A DNA stretch of 64,000 bases from Candidatus Magasanikiibacteriota bacterium (GCA_018650645.1 JABIFP010000027.1:24379-88378), one strand, 5' to 3'. Counted from the stretch's first letter, positions 28,087 through 39,264 are shown. The notes: generated by a model from the letters alone, not told the origin. Program-made: numbers and translations.

Positions 28087-28811
28087 ACAGTTAATCTTGA
28101 AAATACTATAGCTGCTGCAATGGCAGCGTTGAGCGATTCTGTTTCATTTCCTCCGGCAATAGTGTAACGATTATCAAGAGCAGTTTCAAGTTCAGGAGAT
28201 ATGCCATGTGACTCACTTCCAACAACAAGTACAACATTCCCCTCAAGAAGAGAAGCATCATCGCTTCCCTGCATATCAAGTCCTGTAATCGTATACCCAT
28301 CTTGTTTCAGTATTTCAATAAGAGCTGGGTCGCCAACACGCGGTACTATTCTAAAGAGTGATCCCATAGATGCACGGAGCGCCTTCTCATTATATGGATC
28401 GCTACAGCCAGGCCCCAATACTATCTGTGTAATACCAAACCATTCAGCTGTTCTAAATATTGTTCCAAGATTACCTGGGTCTGCAATACCATCAAGATAC
28501 ACAATTGGTCCCTTTCGCACGAGCTCTTTAGCCTGTGGAATAGCAACCACTGCTAAAATGCCAGAAAAAGTTACTGTTGATGTCAGTTTTTTTGCTTCAT
28601 CATCAAAAATATCGAAAATTTCAATCTCATGCTCGGCAGGAATCGGTGCCCCTCTATATGAATCCGCGAGTACAATAAACGCTACCTGTGCTCCTGAACG
28701 AATCGCTTCAAATACTCCCTTCTCGCCTTCAATAATACACTTCTGCATTTCTGTGCGATGCTTTTTGTTTTGGAGTTTACGTATCAATGTTTTTTTTGCG
28801 TCTGAAAGCAT
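28083..28811 (-). CDS. TrmH/SpoU-family RNA methyltransferase
   Basis: DPGNLGTIFRTA, RASMGS, GSESHGIS, ESLNAAIAA. Confidence 0.92.
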   Translation of the reverse strand: MLSDAKKTLIRKLQNKKHRTEMQKCIIEGEKGVFEAIRSGAQVAFIVLADSYRGAPIPAEHEIEIFDIFDDEAKKLTSTVTFSGILAVVAIPQAKELVRKGPIVYLDGIADPGNLGTIFRTAEWFGITQIVLGPGCSDPYNEKALRASMGSLFRIVPRVGDPALIEILKQDGYTITGLDMQGSDDASLLEGNVVLVVGSESHGISPELETALDNRYTIAGGNETESLNAAIAAAIVFSRLTV

Positions 28812-29565
28812 ATGACCAAATTAGTAATAAGGGGAATGTAATGAGAGCTTTATACACGCGAGCAATTCTTCTAGGCTCCCGGCAGAGACGATACAGCGAT
28901 TCAGCTCTCAGAATTCGCATAAGTTTGGGTGCGCGCTTCACTTTGCCTGAGATAAAATCAAGTGAACCGCCAACTCCCATTGCAAGAGTAACACTTGTGA
29001 GCTCATTTTGAAACTGATGGATCCAGGCTTCCTGCTTTTTGTGCCCAAGCGCCACAAGTAGAACTGATGCACCCGAGGTCTGTATGTGTTTAATAATTTG
29101 CCTGTGTAATGCCAGATCATCAGCAAATACAGTACCTTTGTGATATGTATACTGTGGTCCAACAGCCATTCCAGAGACTGCATCCTTCCCAAGGGCCAAT
29201 GAAGCGCGTTCTAGCACCTCATGCGATTGTGTGCCCAGTAAAAACACACGTTGCTCCTTCTGTTTTGCAATAGCAACCACATCTTTCACAAAATCTACAC
29301 CCGGTATACGAGTTAATTTTCTGAATGTTAACATTTCAGGCCCCGAAGAGTCGCAAATATTGAGGTCTCCACTATTGAGAATGTCTCTAAATGCTGCATC
29401 TCTGTATGCATCAACAAGCATCTCAGAATTTGGAGTGAACAAAGAGTGCTGTCTGCGCGTTGGCAGCTGCAAAACCCAGTCTCTTGCCTCAGCCCTGGTT
29501 ACCTGATCAATTCGGGTGCCTAATAGTTCCACAATATTTTGCTTAGTATGGTACAATTTAACCAC
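28777..29565 (-). CDS. WecB/TagA/CpsF-family glycosyltransferase
   Basis: TPNSEML, RIPGVD, VALGHKKQEAWI, MGVGGSLDFISG..KRAP; exact start uncertain. Confidence 0.9.
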   Translation of the reverse strand: MVKLYHTKQNIVELLGTRIDQVTRAEARDWVLQLPTRRQHSLFTPNSEMLVDAYRDAAFRDILNSGDLNICDSSGPEMLTFRKLTRIPGVDFVKDVVAIAKQKEQRVFLLGTQSHEVLERASLALGKDAVSGMAVGPQYTYHKGTVFADDLALHRQIIKHIQTSGASVLLVALGHKKQEAWIHQFQNELTSVTLAMGVGGSLDFISGKVKRAPKLMRILRAESLYRLCREPRRIARVYKALITFPLLLIWSYAFRRKKNIDT

Positions 29566-29599
29566 AGTTGACAGTTTTTTTCAATATTGTATACTCGAA

Positions 29600-29626
29600 T
29601 TAGCACTCGTATATATGGAGTGATAA
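29600..29626 (+). promoter_or_regulatory. CIRCE element (HrcA operator) upstream of clpB
   Basis: TTAGCACTC-N9-GAGTGATAA, one mismatch to TTAGCACTC-N9-GAGTGCTAA, between TTGACA(29568)/TATACT(29590) and the clpB ATG. Confidence 0.88.
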
Positions 29627-29633
29627 TATTTCT

Positions 29634-32282
29634 ATGTTACATCCTCAGAATTTTACAAATAAATCTCAGGAGGCTCTGCAAAGAGCTTCTCAAATTGCTC
29701 ATGATCACGGACAACCGCAAATAGAACCGCCTCACCTTTTTATGGCTCTCATTAGCCAAGAAGAGGGTGTTGTTGTGTCTGTTCTTTCCAAATTGCAGGT
29801 AGACAAGAATCATCTGAAGGGACATATCCAAACGATGATTAATGCCATGCCAAAACAGTTTGGGTCACATGCGCAGGCAGGGCTTGGTCAAATTATGATG
29901 GGTCAGGCAATGATGTTTGTGTTACAGCGTGCGCAAGAGGAAGCAACGCAAATGGGTGACGAATATATTTCTGTTGAGCATTTACTGCTCGCGTATTTAA
30001 AAAATAAGAATCCCGTCTCAGATTTACTTCTAGCAAATGGAGTTCGTCATGAAGATGCGATGAAAGTACTCGCTCAAGTTCGCGGATCACAAAAAGTAGA
30101 CTCCCCTACTCCAGAAAGTAAATATAATGCACTCGAAAAATACGGGCAAAACTTTACGCAGCGCGCAAGAGAAGAAAAACTCGATCCAGTAATTGGCAGA
30201 GACGAAGAAATTCGTCGCGTTATGCAGGTGATTACCCGAAGAACAAAAAATAATCCTGTGCTTATTGGAGAACCGGGCGTTGGTAAGACAGCTATTGCTG
30301 AGGGACTTGCGCAGCGCATAGTGAATGGCGACGTGCCTGAATCGCTCGCTAATAAAGAACTTATTGCATTAGATATTGGTGCGCTTATTGCCGGAACAAA
30401 GTTCCGTGGTGAATTTGAGGAGCGATTTAAAGCGGTGCTCCGAGAAGTAAAAGATGCCGCGGGCCAAGTTATTCTGTTTATTGATGAGCTTCACACCATG
30501 GTTGGCGCAGGAGCGAGCGATGGAGCTGTTGATGCGTCTAACATGCTGAAACCTGCACTTGCTCGCGGAGAAATTCATACAATTGGTGCCACAACAATTA
30601 AAGAATATCAAAAGCATATAGAGAAGGATGCAGCTTTTGAGCGTCGGTTTCAGCCTATTACAGTGAAAGAACCGAATAAGTCAGATGCTATTGCTATTTT
30701 ACGTGGTATTAAAGAGAAGTATGAAGTACATCATGGTGTACGTATTACTGATCCTGCAGTTGTTGCCGCAGTTGAGCTGTCTAGTCGCTATATTTCAGAC
30801 CGATTTTTGCCAGATAAGGCTATTGATCTTATTGATGAAGCAACATCGGCACTGCGCATGGAAATTGATTCTATGCCAGACGATTTAGACCGAATGAAAC
30901 GAAAGATCATGAAGTTTGAGATTGAAATTGAGGCGCTTAAAAAAGAATCGGATGAAGATTCTGCTGCGCGTATGACAAAGCTAAAAGAAGAGCTTGAAAA
31001 TTTACGAGAGAAAAGTAATGAACTTGAAGTTCACTGGAAAAATGAGAAGGATATCATCATGCAAATCCGTGACGCAAAGAAACAAATTGATAGCTATAAA
31101 CAAGAAGCTGAAATTACAGAGCGCCGCGGTGACTTGCAAAAGGTTGCTGAAATCCGCTATGACAGAATTCCACAGAAGGAACGTCAGATTACAGACCTTG
31201 AAAAGCAGCTTTCTGAAGTACAAAAAGGTCATGCTATTTTGAAAGAGGAAGTGACAGAAGAAGATATCGCTACTGTGGTATCAAAGTGGACAGGCATTCC
31301 TGTATCGAAAATGCTTGAGGATGAAGTAAAAAAACTCGCACATATTGAAAAAGAGCTTGCAAAACAAGTTATTGGTCAAGAAGAAGCTATTCTAGCTGTT
31401 TCAAATGCCATTCGCCGATCACGTGCGGGTGTATCTGAAGAAACAAAACCAATAGGATCCTTTATATTTATGGGGCCTACTGGTGTTGGAAAAACAGAAC
31501 TTGCAAAGGCCCTGGCCACCTTCCTATTCAACTCAGAAGAATCCATGGTACGCGTTGACATGAGTGAATACATGGAAAAACAATCGGTGAGCAAAATGAT
31601 TGGTTCTGCCCCCGGGTATGTTGGATATGAGGAAGGCGGACAGCTCACTGAGCAAATCAGACGACGTCCCTACTCCGTTATTCTTTTTGATGAAATTGAA
31701 AAAGCACACCCGGATGTATTTAATATGATGCTCCAGATTCTTGATGACGGGCAACTTACTGATGCAAAGGGTCGCAAAGTCAATTTTAAGAACACCGTTA
31801 TTATCATGACAAGCAATGTTGGCTCAGAAATGATTATGCAAATGAGTAAACAAGGTGAACTCGGATTTGGTGAATCTCAATCAGTAGGAATTAAAGAAAA
31901 CGAAGATAATATTAGAGTGCGCGTACTAGAAAAACTGCGTGATCACTTTAAACCTGAATTCCTTAATAGGATTGATGAAATCATTATGTTCCATCCGCTA
32001 GAAGAGGATCAAGTTCGTAAAATTGTTGATATTCAACTCAGTATTATTCAAAAGCGCCTGGATGAAAAGAAAATCATTCTTGATGTGAGTACACTTGCAA
32101 GAGACTGGCTCGGTAAAAAAGGATTTGATCCTGATTATGGCGCACGGCCGTTAAAGCGAGTATTACAGACGAAGCTACTTGATCTACTGGCCATGGATAT
32201 TATTGAAGGCAAGGTTGGAAATGGTATCACTATAGATGTGGGTGTAAAAGAAGATGCACTTGTACTCTCTGGTCGCACATAA
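29634..32282 (+). CDS. clpB: Chaperone/disaggregase ClpB
   Basis: Two AAA+ modules ([16 protein letters not shown]), long middle coiled coil, [13 protein letters not shown]. Confidence 0.97.
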   Translation: MLHPQNFTNKSQEALQRASQIAHDHGQPQIEPPHLFMALISQEEGVVVSVLSKLQVDKNHLKGHIQTMINAMPKQFGSHAQAGLGQIMMGQAMMFVLQRAQEEATQMGDEYISVEHLLLAYLKNKNPVSDLLLANGVRHEDAMKVLAQVRGSQKVDSPTPESKYNALEKYGQNFTQRAREEKLDPVIGRDEEIRRVMQVITRRTKNNPVLIGEPGVGKTAIAEGLAQRIVNGDVPESLANKELIALDIGALIAGTKFRGEFEERFKAVLREVKDAAGQVILFIDELHTMVGAGASDGAVDASNMLKPALARGEIHTIGATTIKEYQKHIEKDAAFERRFQPITVKEPNKSDAIAILRGIKEKYEVHHGVRITDPAVVAAVELSSRYISDRFLPDKAIDLIDEATSALRMEIDSMPDDLDRMKRKIMKFEIEIEALKKESDEDSAARMTKLKEELENLREKSNELEVHWKNEKDIIMQIRDAKKQIDSYKQEAEITERRGDLQKVAEIRYDRIPQKERQITDLEKQLSEVQKGHAILKEEVTEEDIATVVSKWTGIPVSKMLEDEVKKLAHIEKELAKQVIGQEEAILAVSNAIRRSRAGVSEETKPIGSFIFMGPTGVGKTELAKALATFLFNSEESMVRVDMSEYMEKQSVSKMIGSAPGYVGYEEGGQLTEQIRRRPYSVILFDEIEKAHPDVFNMMLQILDDGQLTDAKGRKVNFKNTVIIMTSNVGSEMIMQMSKQGELGFGESQSVGIKENEDNIRVRVLEKLRDHFKPEFLNRIDEIIMFHPLEEDQVRKIVDIQLSIIQKRLDEKKIILDVSTLARDWLGKKGFDPDYGARPLKRVLQTKLLDLLAMDIIEGKVGNGITIDVGVKEDALVLSGRT

Positions 32283-32315
32283 AAAAAAGAAGAGCAATAC
32301 GCTCTTCTTTTTTTT
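32281..32315. terminator. Bidirectional terminator between clpB and the SUF operon
   Basis: A8-GAAGAGC-AATAC-GCTCTTC-T8. Confidence 0.85.
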
Positions 32316-32664
32316 ACATATCTGGAAAAAGTTTATTTCCACCCTTGTCATATAAGTGAATGGCAAGTACCGGGCAAGACTCTGCAGAGAGCCGGACGGT
32401 CTCGTCATCATAGCTGTCTGGATCAACAACAAAAGCGAGGTTGTCGTCATCAAGTTGAAAAAGCTCGTCTGTAAATACAACACATGATCCCGCTCCGATA
32501 CATCCCTGTCTATCTACAACGACTCGAGCAATCTCAGTCCCCTCTTTTTTACGCACTCCCTGAGAAATATCATCCATTAAATCATCTGGCACGGTTACAT
32601 CAGTTGCCGCATCTGCTGCGGCATTGTTTTTTTGCATGAACTGCATTGCTTGTGCTTGATCCAT
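32314..32664 (-). CDS. Single-cluster ferredoxin, probably 3Fe-4S
   Basis: VDRQGCIGAGSC...AESCPVLAI (CxxAxxC...CP). Confidence 0.85.
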   Translation of the reverse strand: MDQAQAMQFMQKNNAAADAATDVTVPDDLMDDISQGVRKKEGTEIARVVVDRQGCIGAGSCVVFTDELFQLDDDNLAFVVDPDSYDDETVRLSAESCPVLAIHLYDKGGNKLFPDM

Positions 32665-32666
32665 AT

Positions 32667-32975
32667 TTATATATCACCTAAAAAATCATCTTTGATGGGT
32701 ACTGCTGTAATTTCTGACGCACTCATATCAGTTCCCTCTCCATTATCAATTCGTTGTACCACAGAGTCAGTTTCACAATCCATTATAATTTTTGTGTTGT
32801 CCACCTCAACATTCGGCGCATTTGAGCACCAACCCAAGCATCCGCAATAGTCTAAATCATACTCTTCAGTCTTATCGCCCACCTCAAGACCAATTCCCTT
32901 CTTAATTGACTGCATGATATCATCAGCACCAAAGGAACTGCAAGCGCGACTGTTACAAACTCGAATAGTCTTCAT
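32667..32975 (-). CDS. Thioredoxin-like [2Fe-2S] ferredoxin
   Basis: VCNSRACSSFG...CLGWCSNAPNV (NuoE-like ligand spacing). Confidence 0.82.
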   Translation of the reverse strand: MKTIRVCNSRACSSFGADDIMQSIKKGIGLEVGDKTEEYDLDYCGCLGWCSNAPNVEVDNTKIIMDCETDSVVQRIDNGEGTDMSASEITAVPIKDDFLGDI

Positions 32976-32976
32976 A

Positions 32977-33273
32977 CTAAATACCTAATATATCCCTCAG
33001 TTCAGCGGGCGGCTCCCATGAGGGTTTAAACGTTAGCTCAATTTCTACTTCCGCAAAACCAATAGCCTTAAGCGCATCCTCCACCTCCTGTTTTAACTGC
33101 CCACCAAATGGACAAAGCGGCGTAGTAAATGTCATGAGCACATGCACTTTTTTCGGAGTGGGTGTTGTGACATGATAAATAAGACCGAGCGTCCATACAT
33201 CGATTCCGATTTCAGGATCAATGACAGTTTCTAAGGCTTCAATAATTTTTTGTTGCTGTTTGTCTTTATCCAT
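32977..33273 (-). CDS. sufT: DUF59/SufT Fe-S maturation protein
   Basis: VIDPEIGIDVWTLGLIY, MTFTTPLCP, PSW. Confidence 0.88.
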   Translation of the reverse strand: MDKDKQQQKIIEALETVIDPEIGIDVWTLGLIYHVTTPTPKKVHVLMTFTTPLCPFGGQLKQEVEDALKAIGFAEVEIELTFKPSWEPPAELRDILGI

Positions 33274-33994
33274 ATGATTCAAATCCTTCAGTTTCAATAG
33301 TTTCCGCAAGAGAAATATCTCCTTCTTTCACAATCTTTCCTGATGCCATTATATATACGTTATCTGGTGTCATCTCTTTTAAAAAAGCGATGTGGTGAGT
33401 AATAAGTAATACTCCCTTTCCAGCTTTTCTCATCGCTTGAATTTTTGCAGCAATAAGCTTCAGTGCGTCTACATCAAGTCCGGAATCTGTTTCATCGAGT
33501 ATGGCATAGCTAGGATCAAACAATTCGAGCTGCATCATTTCAAGTCGCTTCTTTTCTCCACCAGAAAACCCGACGCCAACGTGACGCTTTAATACATCAT
33601 GAGGAAGTTTTACTCCATCACAGAGTTCCTTCAGCTGTCTATAAAACTTTGCAGGATTTACCTTCGTCTCAAATCGAGCATTGTATGCTGTACGCAAAAA
33701 ATTCGTTACTGTTAACCCTTCAATTGCTGGAATGTGCTGCATTGAAAGCATAAGTCCAGCCTTTGCACGTTCTTCTGGCTTTGAAAATGTAATATCTGTT
33801 TTATCAAGAACAATGGAGCCTGACTCAACGGTGTAATTTGGGTGTCCGCCAAGTGCATTTGCGAGTGTTGACTTCCCTGCGCCATTTGGTCCCATGACAA
33901 TATGTAACTCCCCCGGATTAACCGTAATAGAAACATCTGTATCAATAACAGCATCTTCTGCGCTAATTGTGAGGTCTGTAATTACTAAACTCAT
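33266..33994 (-). CDS. sufC: Fe-S assembly ATPase SufC
   Basis: MGPNGAGKSTL, FSGGEKKR, LDETDSGLDVDAL. Confidence 0.95.
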   Translation of the reverse strand: MSLVITDLTISAEDAVIDTDVSITVNPGELHIVMGPNGAGKSTLANALGGHPNYTVESGSIVLDKTDITFSKPEERAKAGLMLSMQHIPAIEGLTVTNFLRTAYNARFETKVNPAKFYRQLKELCDGVKLPHDVLKRHVGVGFSGGEKKRLEMMQLELFDPSYAILDETDSGLDVDALKLIAAKIQAMRKAGKGVLLITHHIAFLKEMTPDNVYIMASGKIVKEGDISLAETIETEGFESYG

Positions 33995-33995
33995 A

Positions 33996-34367
33996 TTATT
34001 GTATTGCTTGTTTAAGCGCCTTCACTCCAATCATGGCGCATTTATGGCGCGTATGTGATATTGGGATCCCTAGCAGCTCCTTGACTGTCTCAAAGGTGAT
34101 CTGCTGCAGATCCTCAACCTGTTTCCCTATATACTCATCGAGTACAAGCGATGTAGCAGCTTTTGAAATTGCACAGCCATGTCCGGAATGTGCAGCATTT
34201 TGCAAGACGCCACTAGCCACCAATACATCCATCTGCACAATATCGCCACAACTCTGATTATGCGAGGTTGCGCTACCGGTCTTCTCTTTCAATGAACCTG
34301 CATGAAGCGGTTCATGATACAGTTCTAACATGTATGCGCGTTGCATGTCCATTAATACTTGATCCAT
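33996..34367 (-). CDS. sufU: SufU/IscU scaffold or sulfur-transfer protein
   Basis: NQSCGD, GHGCAISKA, TRHKCA. Confidence 0.88.
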   Translation of the reverse strand: MDQVLMDMQRAYMLELYHEPLHAGSLKEKTGSATSHNQSCGDIVQMDVLVASGVLQNAAHSGHGCAISKAATSLVLDEYIGKQVEDLQQITFETVKELLGIPISHTRHKCAMIGVKALKQAIQ

Positions 34368-34368
34368 A

Positions 34369-35577
34369 CTATGCGATATTTCTATAGTGAGCATCGAGTC
34401 CTGACGTTCTTGCTACGGCAGCTGCTTTTGCTTGATTATTGATCTTTACCGTTTTTTCTAGTGCCTTCCCTAATGTATCAGCATCTTCTGCCTTTGAATA
34501 CATACCAAGAGATACACGAACCACACCTTCTTTTGAAATGTATTGCATAAGAGGCATTGCGCAATGATGACCAGCTCTGACTGCGATATTCTGTACAGCA
34601 AGAAGCTGAGCAATATCGTGCGGATGCATGTCAGTCATGGTAAAACTGATTATTGGTCCGCGATCTGTATGATGTGCTGATTCAATAATACTTGCATGTT
34701 TTGCAATAGCTTCTGCATACACTGCGCGAACTGTGTCGAGTTCAACTTGCTGTGTTGTCATCATTTGTAATGCTGCAGCCATACCAATCGCACCAGAAAT
34801 ATTTGGCGTACCAGCTTCAAATTTGCCAGATCCTTCTGCCCATGTTGCACGTTCATATGTTACGGAATCTACCATATCGCCTCCAAATACCACCGGTTGT
34901 AATTGTTGTTGTAGTTCTTTTGAAATAAACAGTGCCCCAATTCCAGTAGGACCGTACACTTTATGCCCAGAGAATGCCAGAACATCAATACCAAACTCCT
35001 GAACGTCTATCTTGTAATGCGCAATGAACTGCGCGCCATCAGCAACTACAATTGCGCCAACTTCCTTTGCTCTTGCAATAATTTGCTTATATGGCGTAAC
35101 CGTTCCCGTTACATTAGACATAAGCGTGAATGCAACCACATCGGTTTGCTGTGTAATAATTGTTTCTAGTTCATCAATAACAACATCTGTATTCATGTCG
35201 ACAGGAATAACCGCAACCCGCGCGGCATGCTGCTGCCAAGGAATCATATTTGCATGATGTTCAAGAGCGGTAATGGCAACCTGCATATCAGGCTTTGCTG
35301 CAGCGAGCATTTGCGCAATCATGTTGAGTGACTGCGTTGTACCGCTGGTGAAGATGATTTCATCAGTATGTGCACCAATATATGTAGCCACTACCTTGCG
35401 TGCAGCGTTAAACGCTTCATCTGCCTGCTCTGCCTGTTTATACATGCCGCGGTGTACATTTACAGGATACTGCGTGTTGTACGCGTGCACGGCATCTATA
35501 GCCTCCTGACACATGAGTGCTGAAGAAGCGCTATCCAGATAGAGCTGAGCAGCATTGTTGGCTGGAAAATTATTCAT
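34369..35577 (-). CDS. sufS: Cysteine desulfurase SufS
   Basis: EHHANMIPWQ, FSGHKVYGPTG, FEAGTP, RAGHHCAMP. Confidence 0.93.
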   Translation of the reverse strand: MNNFPANNAAQLYLDSASSALMCQEAIDAVHAYNTQYPVNVHRGMYKQAEQADEAFNAARKVVATYIGAHTDEIIFTSGTTQSLNMIAQMLAAAKPDMQVAITALEHHANMIPWQQHAARVAVIPVDMNTDVVIDELETIITQQTDVVAFTLMSNVTGTVTPYKQIIARAKEVGAIVVADGAQFIAHYKIDVQEFGIDVLAFSGHKVYGPTGIGALFISKELQQQLQPVVFGGDMVDSVTYERATWAEGSGKFEAGTPNISGAIGMAAALQMMTTQQVELDTVRAVYAEAIAKHASIIESAHHTDRGPIISFTMTDMHPHDIAQLLAVQNIAVRAGHHCAMPLMQYISKEGVVRVSLGMYSKAEDADTLGKALEKTVKINNQAKAAAVARTSGLDAHYRNIA

Positions 35578-36283
35578 ATGATAAAAAATGTGTAGCTATA
35601 GCTTGCTCAGCTTCTGTGGCACTAAGCCCTCGGCTTTGCAAGTAAAAAATTTCTTCTTCTTTAGGTTTTGCAATGGTAACAGCATGTGAACAAGCAACTT
35701 CCTTACATGCAATATCGAGCATCGGAATCGCATCAATTCTTGCACGCTTATCTAATAGTAACACACGCGCTTCTTGATGTGCAGTGCAATGCATTGCGGT
35801 ACTTGGAATACTCATTGACGCGCGGTAGATTTCCCGCGCATTTCCTTTTAGTGCACTGCGATGATTAATCTGACATGTTGAGTTTGATCCTACATGCTGC
35901 ACCTCGTCCAAAATATCTACCACACCACCTGCATTTGATAACGCACCTTTAATATTCACTTGGGCTCCCTCTTCTAATAGTACTGATGTATGAGAAAGTA
36001 GTTCATCGCAGAGATCAATGCGCATATGCAATTGCAGCGAAGCACCTTTCCCTAATCTGAATGTTCTCATGGTCGCCGATGTTGAAATTTGATTCGCACT
36101 AACGGCATATGATGCGGTTGCACCAGGCTGGACTTGGATATCAATGTTACTTTGGGTATCTGATTGCATCTGCTCGTCATACCATTCTCCATCTTTTAAG
36201 ATAATGCTTGTATTCGAAACATCCACAGGCTTTTCAAGCCCCACAATTCCTGGTCCGTATTGTTGTTTGCTTAATACTGACAT
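35570..36283 (-). CDS. sufD: SufD (short form)
   Basis: PMLDIACKEVACSHAVT, FYLQSRGL; directly after sufB. Confidence 0.85.
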   Translation of the reverse strand: MSVLSKQQYGPGIVGLEKPVDVSNTSIILKDGEWYDEQMQSDTQSNIDIQVQPGATASYAVSANQISTSATMRTFRLGKGASLQLHMRIDLCDELLSHTSVLLEEGAQVNIKGALSNAGGVVDILDEVQHVGSNSTCQINHRSALKGNAREIYRASMSIPSTAMHCTAHQEARVLLLDKRARIDAIPMLDIACKEVACSHAVTIAKPKEEEIFYLQSRGLSATEAEQAIATHFLSYE

Positions 36284-36284
36284 A

Positions 36285-37682
36285 TTATCCAACGGATCCT
36301 TCCATCTCTAACTGAATAAGTCGATTCAATTCTACTGCATATTCAAGCGGCAGCGCTTTTACGACTGGTTCAACAAAGCCGGCAACAACTGCGCGTTGTG
36401 CTTCATCGGCTGTTAATCCTCTCGATTGCAGATAAAACAATTCATCATCGCCAATTCTACCAACAGTTGCTTCATGTGCAATAGTTGCAGAATCATTTTT
36501 TACAGACATAACAGGAATCGTAATCGATCGGCTTAGTTCGTTCATGAGTAGCGCGTCGCATTCCACAGTGGTTTTTACTCCGGTTGCATTAGGAAGGACA
36601 TTCACATACCCACGATAACTCGCAACGCCATCTCCTTTTGAAATTGATTTAGCGCGAATCGTTGAATACGTATTTGGTGCTGCATGAATCGCTTTTGCAC
36701 CGGTGTCTTGATATTGTCCTGGCCCAGCAAACGCAATCCCTAAGCTGTCACTTTTTGCTCCTTCTCCCCTCAGCACTGAAGAGGGATAGAGCATAGTTAC
36801 TCCTGACCCCATATTTCCATTAATCCATTCGATTGAGCCATGTGCATCCACAAGCGCTCGTTTCGTATTTAAATTAAAGGTATTCTTTGACCAATTTTCA
36901 ATCGAGTAATATTTCACTGATGCATTTTTATGGACAAAGATTTCTACACATCCTGCGTGAAGTGAATTTGTTGTATAGCGCGGTGCACTACATCCTTCAA
37001 TATACGAAACACTTGATCCCTCATCTGCAATAATAAGTGTATGTTCAAACTGCCCACCATTTTGCGTGTTCATGCGGAAATAGGCTTGCAGTGGCAGATC
37101 TACCTGTACACCCTTTGGTACATATATAAACGTCCCACCAGACCAAACAGCTGCGTGAATCATGGCAAAATAATGATCAGTCATTGGTACACACTGCGTC
37201 ATGAAGTATTTTTTGATAAGTTCTTCATGTTCAAGGAGAGCGGCATCCATGTTCATGAAAATAACGCCCTGCTTTGCAAGATCTTCTTGGATACTATGAT
37301 ACACCACATCAGAATCGTACTGCGCTCCCACTCCTGCAAGTGCAGCACGCTCAGCCTCTGGAATTCCTAATCTTTCAAACGTAGAACGAATCTCTTCAGG
37401 AACATCTTCCCATGCATGCTGCTCACCAGTTCCTGGTGGCATGTAATACACAATTGTTTCAAGGTCGAGATCAGATAATACTGGTCCCCAATTCGGAACA
37501 CTTGTTTCTTGCAATGCAAATAGCGCTTTCTTTCTGCGCGCCCGCATCCAATCAGGTTCACCTTTTGTATCAGAAATCAGATCAACGACATCTTCTCGAA
37601 TACCAGGTTTCACAATAATGGCAGCTGTTACATCATCTGCTTTATCTAAATCCATTCGTTTTCTTGCAAGATCTTGATCCAT
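36285..37682 (-). CDS. sufB: Fe-S assembly protein SufB
   Basis: GQFEHTLII, YIEGCSAP, HEATVGRI, FYLQSRGL, LEMEGSVG. Confidence 0.96.
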   Translation of the reverse strand: MDQDLARKRMDLDKADDVTAAIIVKPGIREDVVDLISDTKGEPDWMRARRKKALFALQETSVPNWGPVLSDLDLETIVYYMPPGTGEQHAWEDVPEEIRSTFERLGIPEAERAALAGVGAQYDSDVVYHSIQEDLAKQGVIFMNMDAALLEHEELIKKYFMTQCVPMTDHYFAMIHAAVWSGGTFIYVPKGVQVDLPLQAYFRMNTQNGGQFEHTLIIADEGSSVSYIEGCSAPRYTTNSLHAGCVEIFVHKNASVKYYSIENWSKNTFNLNTKRALVDAHGSIEWINGNMGSGVTMLYPSSVLRGEGAKSDSLGIAFAGPGQYQDTGAKAIHAAPNTYSTIRAKSISKGDGVASYRGYVNVLPNATGVKTTVECDALLMNELSRSITIPVMSVKNDSATIAHEATVGRIGDDELFYLQSRGLTADEAQRAVVAGFVEPVVKALPLEYAVELNRLIQLEMEGSVG

Positions 37683-37683
37683 A

Positions 37684-38808
37684 TTATTTGCTGCGAAGTA
37701 CCTCTTTAATTGCTTGAAGTACAGCATCAACTTCTTCTTTTGTTACTGAAGGCAGAAATGAAAATCGAATAGCTCCTTCTTCTCTAAGCCCCATGGCCTT
37801 AAGAACATGACTTCCCGATTTCTTTTGAGAATCACACGCTGCGCCAGTGCCGACTGCAATTCCTCGTGCATCCATATATAATACAAATGCCTCCGCATCA
37901 ATATCATTAAACTGTACATAGTGCATACCAGATTTTTTATGCGGTCCTGGCATACCACCCACAACGTATGCATCCGGTGCAAGTTGCTTTAGCTTATCTA
38001 TAAAATACGTATCAACATCAGTATCAACATGTTGAAATTTCATAGCAGCTGCAAAGGCAGCAGCACCTGCCACCCGCTCTGTTCCAGACCGCATACCAAA
38101 TTCTTGTCCTCCACCATGTATAATTGGTGTAAAGGCGATATCGTCTTTCATGATAAGCGCACCTACTCCTTTTGGACCACCAACTTTTCCTGCTGATAAT
38201 ACTAAAAAATCCGTATGCAGCTGCCGAACATCTAATGCAATACTGCCGAGTGCTTGAGACGCATCACACATAAATAGTACTGTGCTATCTAAACGCTGTA
38301 ATCCTTTCCCAAGTACCGTTACTTCCTGATGTACGCCAGTTTCATTATTCGTTGCCATTAATATAACGAGTACAGTGTCATCAGTAATCGCCTTTAGCAT
38401 GTCATTTGCTGAAACAACACCCTCTGCGCTAGGTGATACATAGGTAACTGCTACACCTGCAGCTTGTAGTGATGCTAAAACCGCACTATGTTCAATTGCG
38501 CTACACACTACGTGTGCTTTCTTATGTGGGTTTAATTTTTTATAGGTTTCCAACACACCTGTAATTGCCATATTGCAACTCTCTGTTCCACCTGATGTGA
38601 AGATAGTTTTATATCCGCTTGCAGCACCAACAGTATCTGCAATTGCTTTTCTTGAAGACTCTAAAAGTTTTTTTGCGGCAACCCCTTCTTTATGGAGAGA
38701 TCCCGGATTGCCAAACAAAGCCAGCGCCTCAATCATAGCTTTTTTTGCTTCCAAAGAAAGCGGTCTTGCTGCCGCTGCATCTGCGTAAATTCGAGTTGTT
38801 TCAGTCAT
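37684..38808 (-). CDS. IscS/NifS-type cysteine desulfurase
   Basis: FTSGGTESCN, IEHSAV, NNETG, SAGKVGGPKG, GGGQEFGMRSGTE, GTGAAC. Confidence 0.9.
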   Translation of the reverse strand: MTETTRIYADAAAARPLSLEAKKAMIEALALFGNPGSLHKEGVAAKKLLESSRKAIADTVGAASGYKTIFTSGGTESCNMAITGVLETYKKLNPHKKAHVVCSAIEHSAVLASLQAAGVAVTYVSPSAEGVVSANDMLKAITDDTVLVILMATNNETGVHQEVTVLGKGLQRLDSTVLFMCDASQALGSIALDVRQLHTDFLVLSAGKVGGPKGVGALIMKDDIAFTPIIHGGGQEFGMRSGTERVAGAAAFAAAMKFQHVDTDVDTYFIDKLKQLAPDAYVVGGMPGPHKKSGMHYVQFNDIDAEAFVLYMDARGIAVGTGAACDSQKKSGSHVLKAMGLREEGAIRFSFLPSVTKEEVDAVLQAIKEVLRSK

Positions 38809-38813
38809 TGTAT

Positions 38814-39209
38814 TTAACATACGCCTTCTTTCATTGTTGCTATAGAAAAATGTAATGCATCATGCACACGTTTTTCAATCATTTGCATAGCACCTTTTCC
38901 CTTGCAGCTATCTGCCACCTTGCAACCAGATGCGCAGGCTGACACAAATTCTGGCTCTACCGCTCTAATGATATCGATCACCTGCAATTCGCTAATACTT
39001 GCGCGCAAATAGTATCCACCGTTTGCTCCGCGTACAGAATCAACAATACCCGCAATTCTGAGGGAACGAACAATTCGCTGCATAAAGGCAAAAGAGAGGT
39101 TGCGAGAGTCACAAAAATCACGTATACTCAGCACCGTTCCTGCATGCTTATCTGGAAGATCCATGACAAGCTGCAACGCGTAATCAGATTGTTTTGAGAG
39201 GAGTTTCAT
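38814..39209 (-). CDS. Rrf2-family transcriptional regulator (IscR/SufR-like, three Cys)
   Basis: SDYAL...SVRGANGGYYL...IIRAVE, then C-x3-C-x5-C; first gene of the SUF operon. Confidence 0.9.
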   Translation of the reverse strand: MKLLSKQSDYALQLVMDLPDKHAGTVLSIRDFCDSRNLSFAFMQRIVRSLRIAGIVDSVRGANGGYYLRASISELQVIDIIRAVEPEFVSACASGCKVADSCKGKGAMQMIEKRVHDALHFSIATMKEGVC

Positions 39210-39217
39210 AGTAATTC

Positions 39218-39259
39218 ATACTGAAACAGTATATTATAGATTTTTACCTAGGTTGTCAA
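39218..39259 (-). promoter_or_regulatory. SUF operon promoter with a palindromic candidate Rrf2 operator
   Basis: Perfect ATACTG-AAA-CAGTAT palindrome (39218-39232) next to -10-like sequences; TTGACA at 39259-39254. Confidence 0.55.
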
Positions 39260-39264
39260 TAGAT

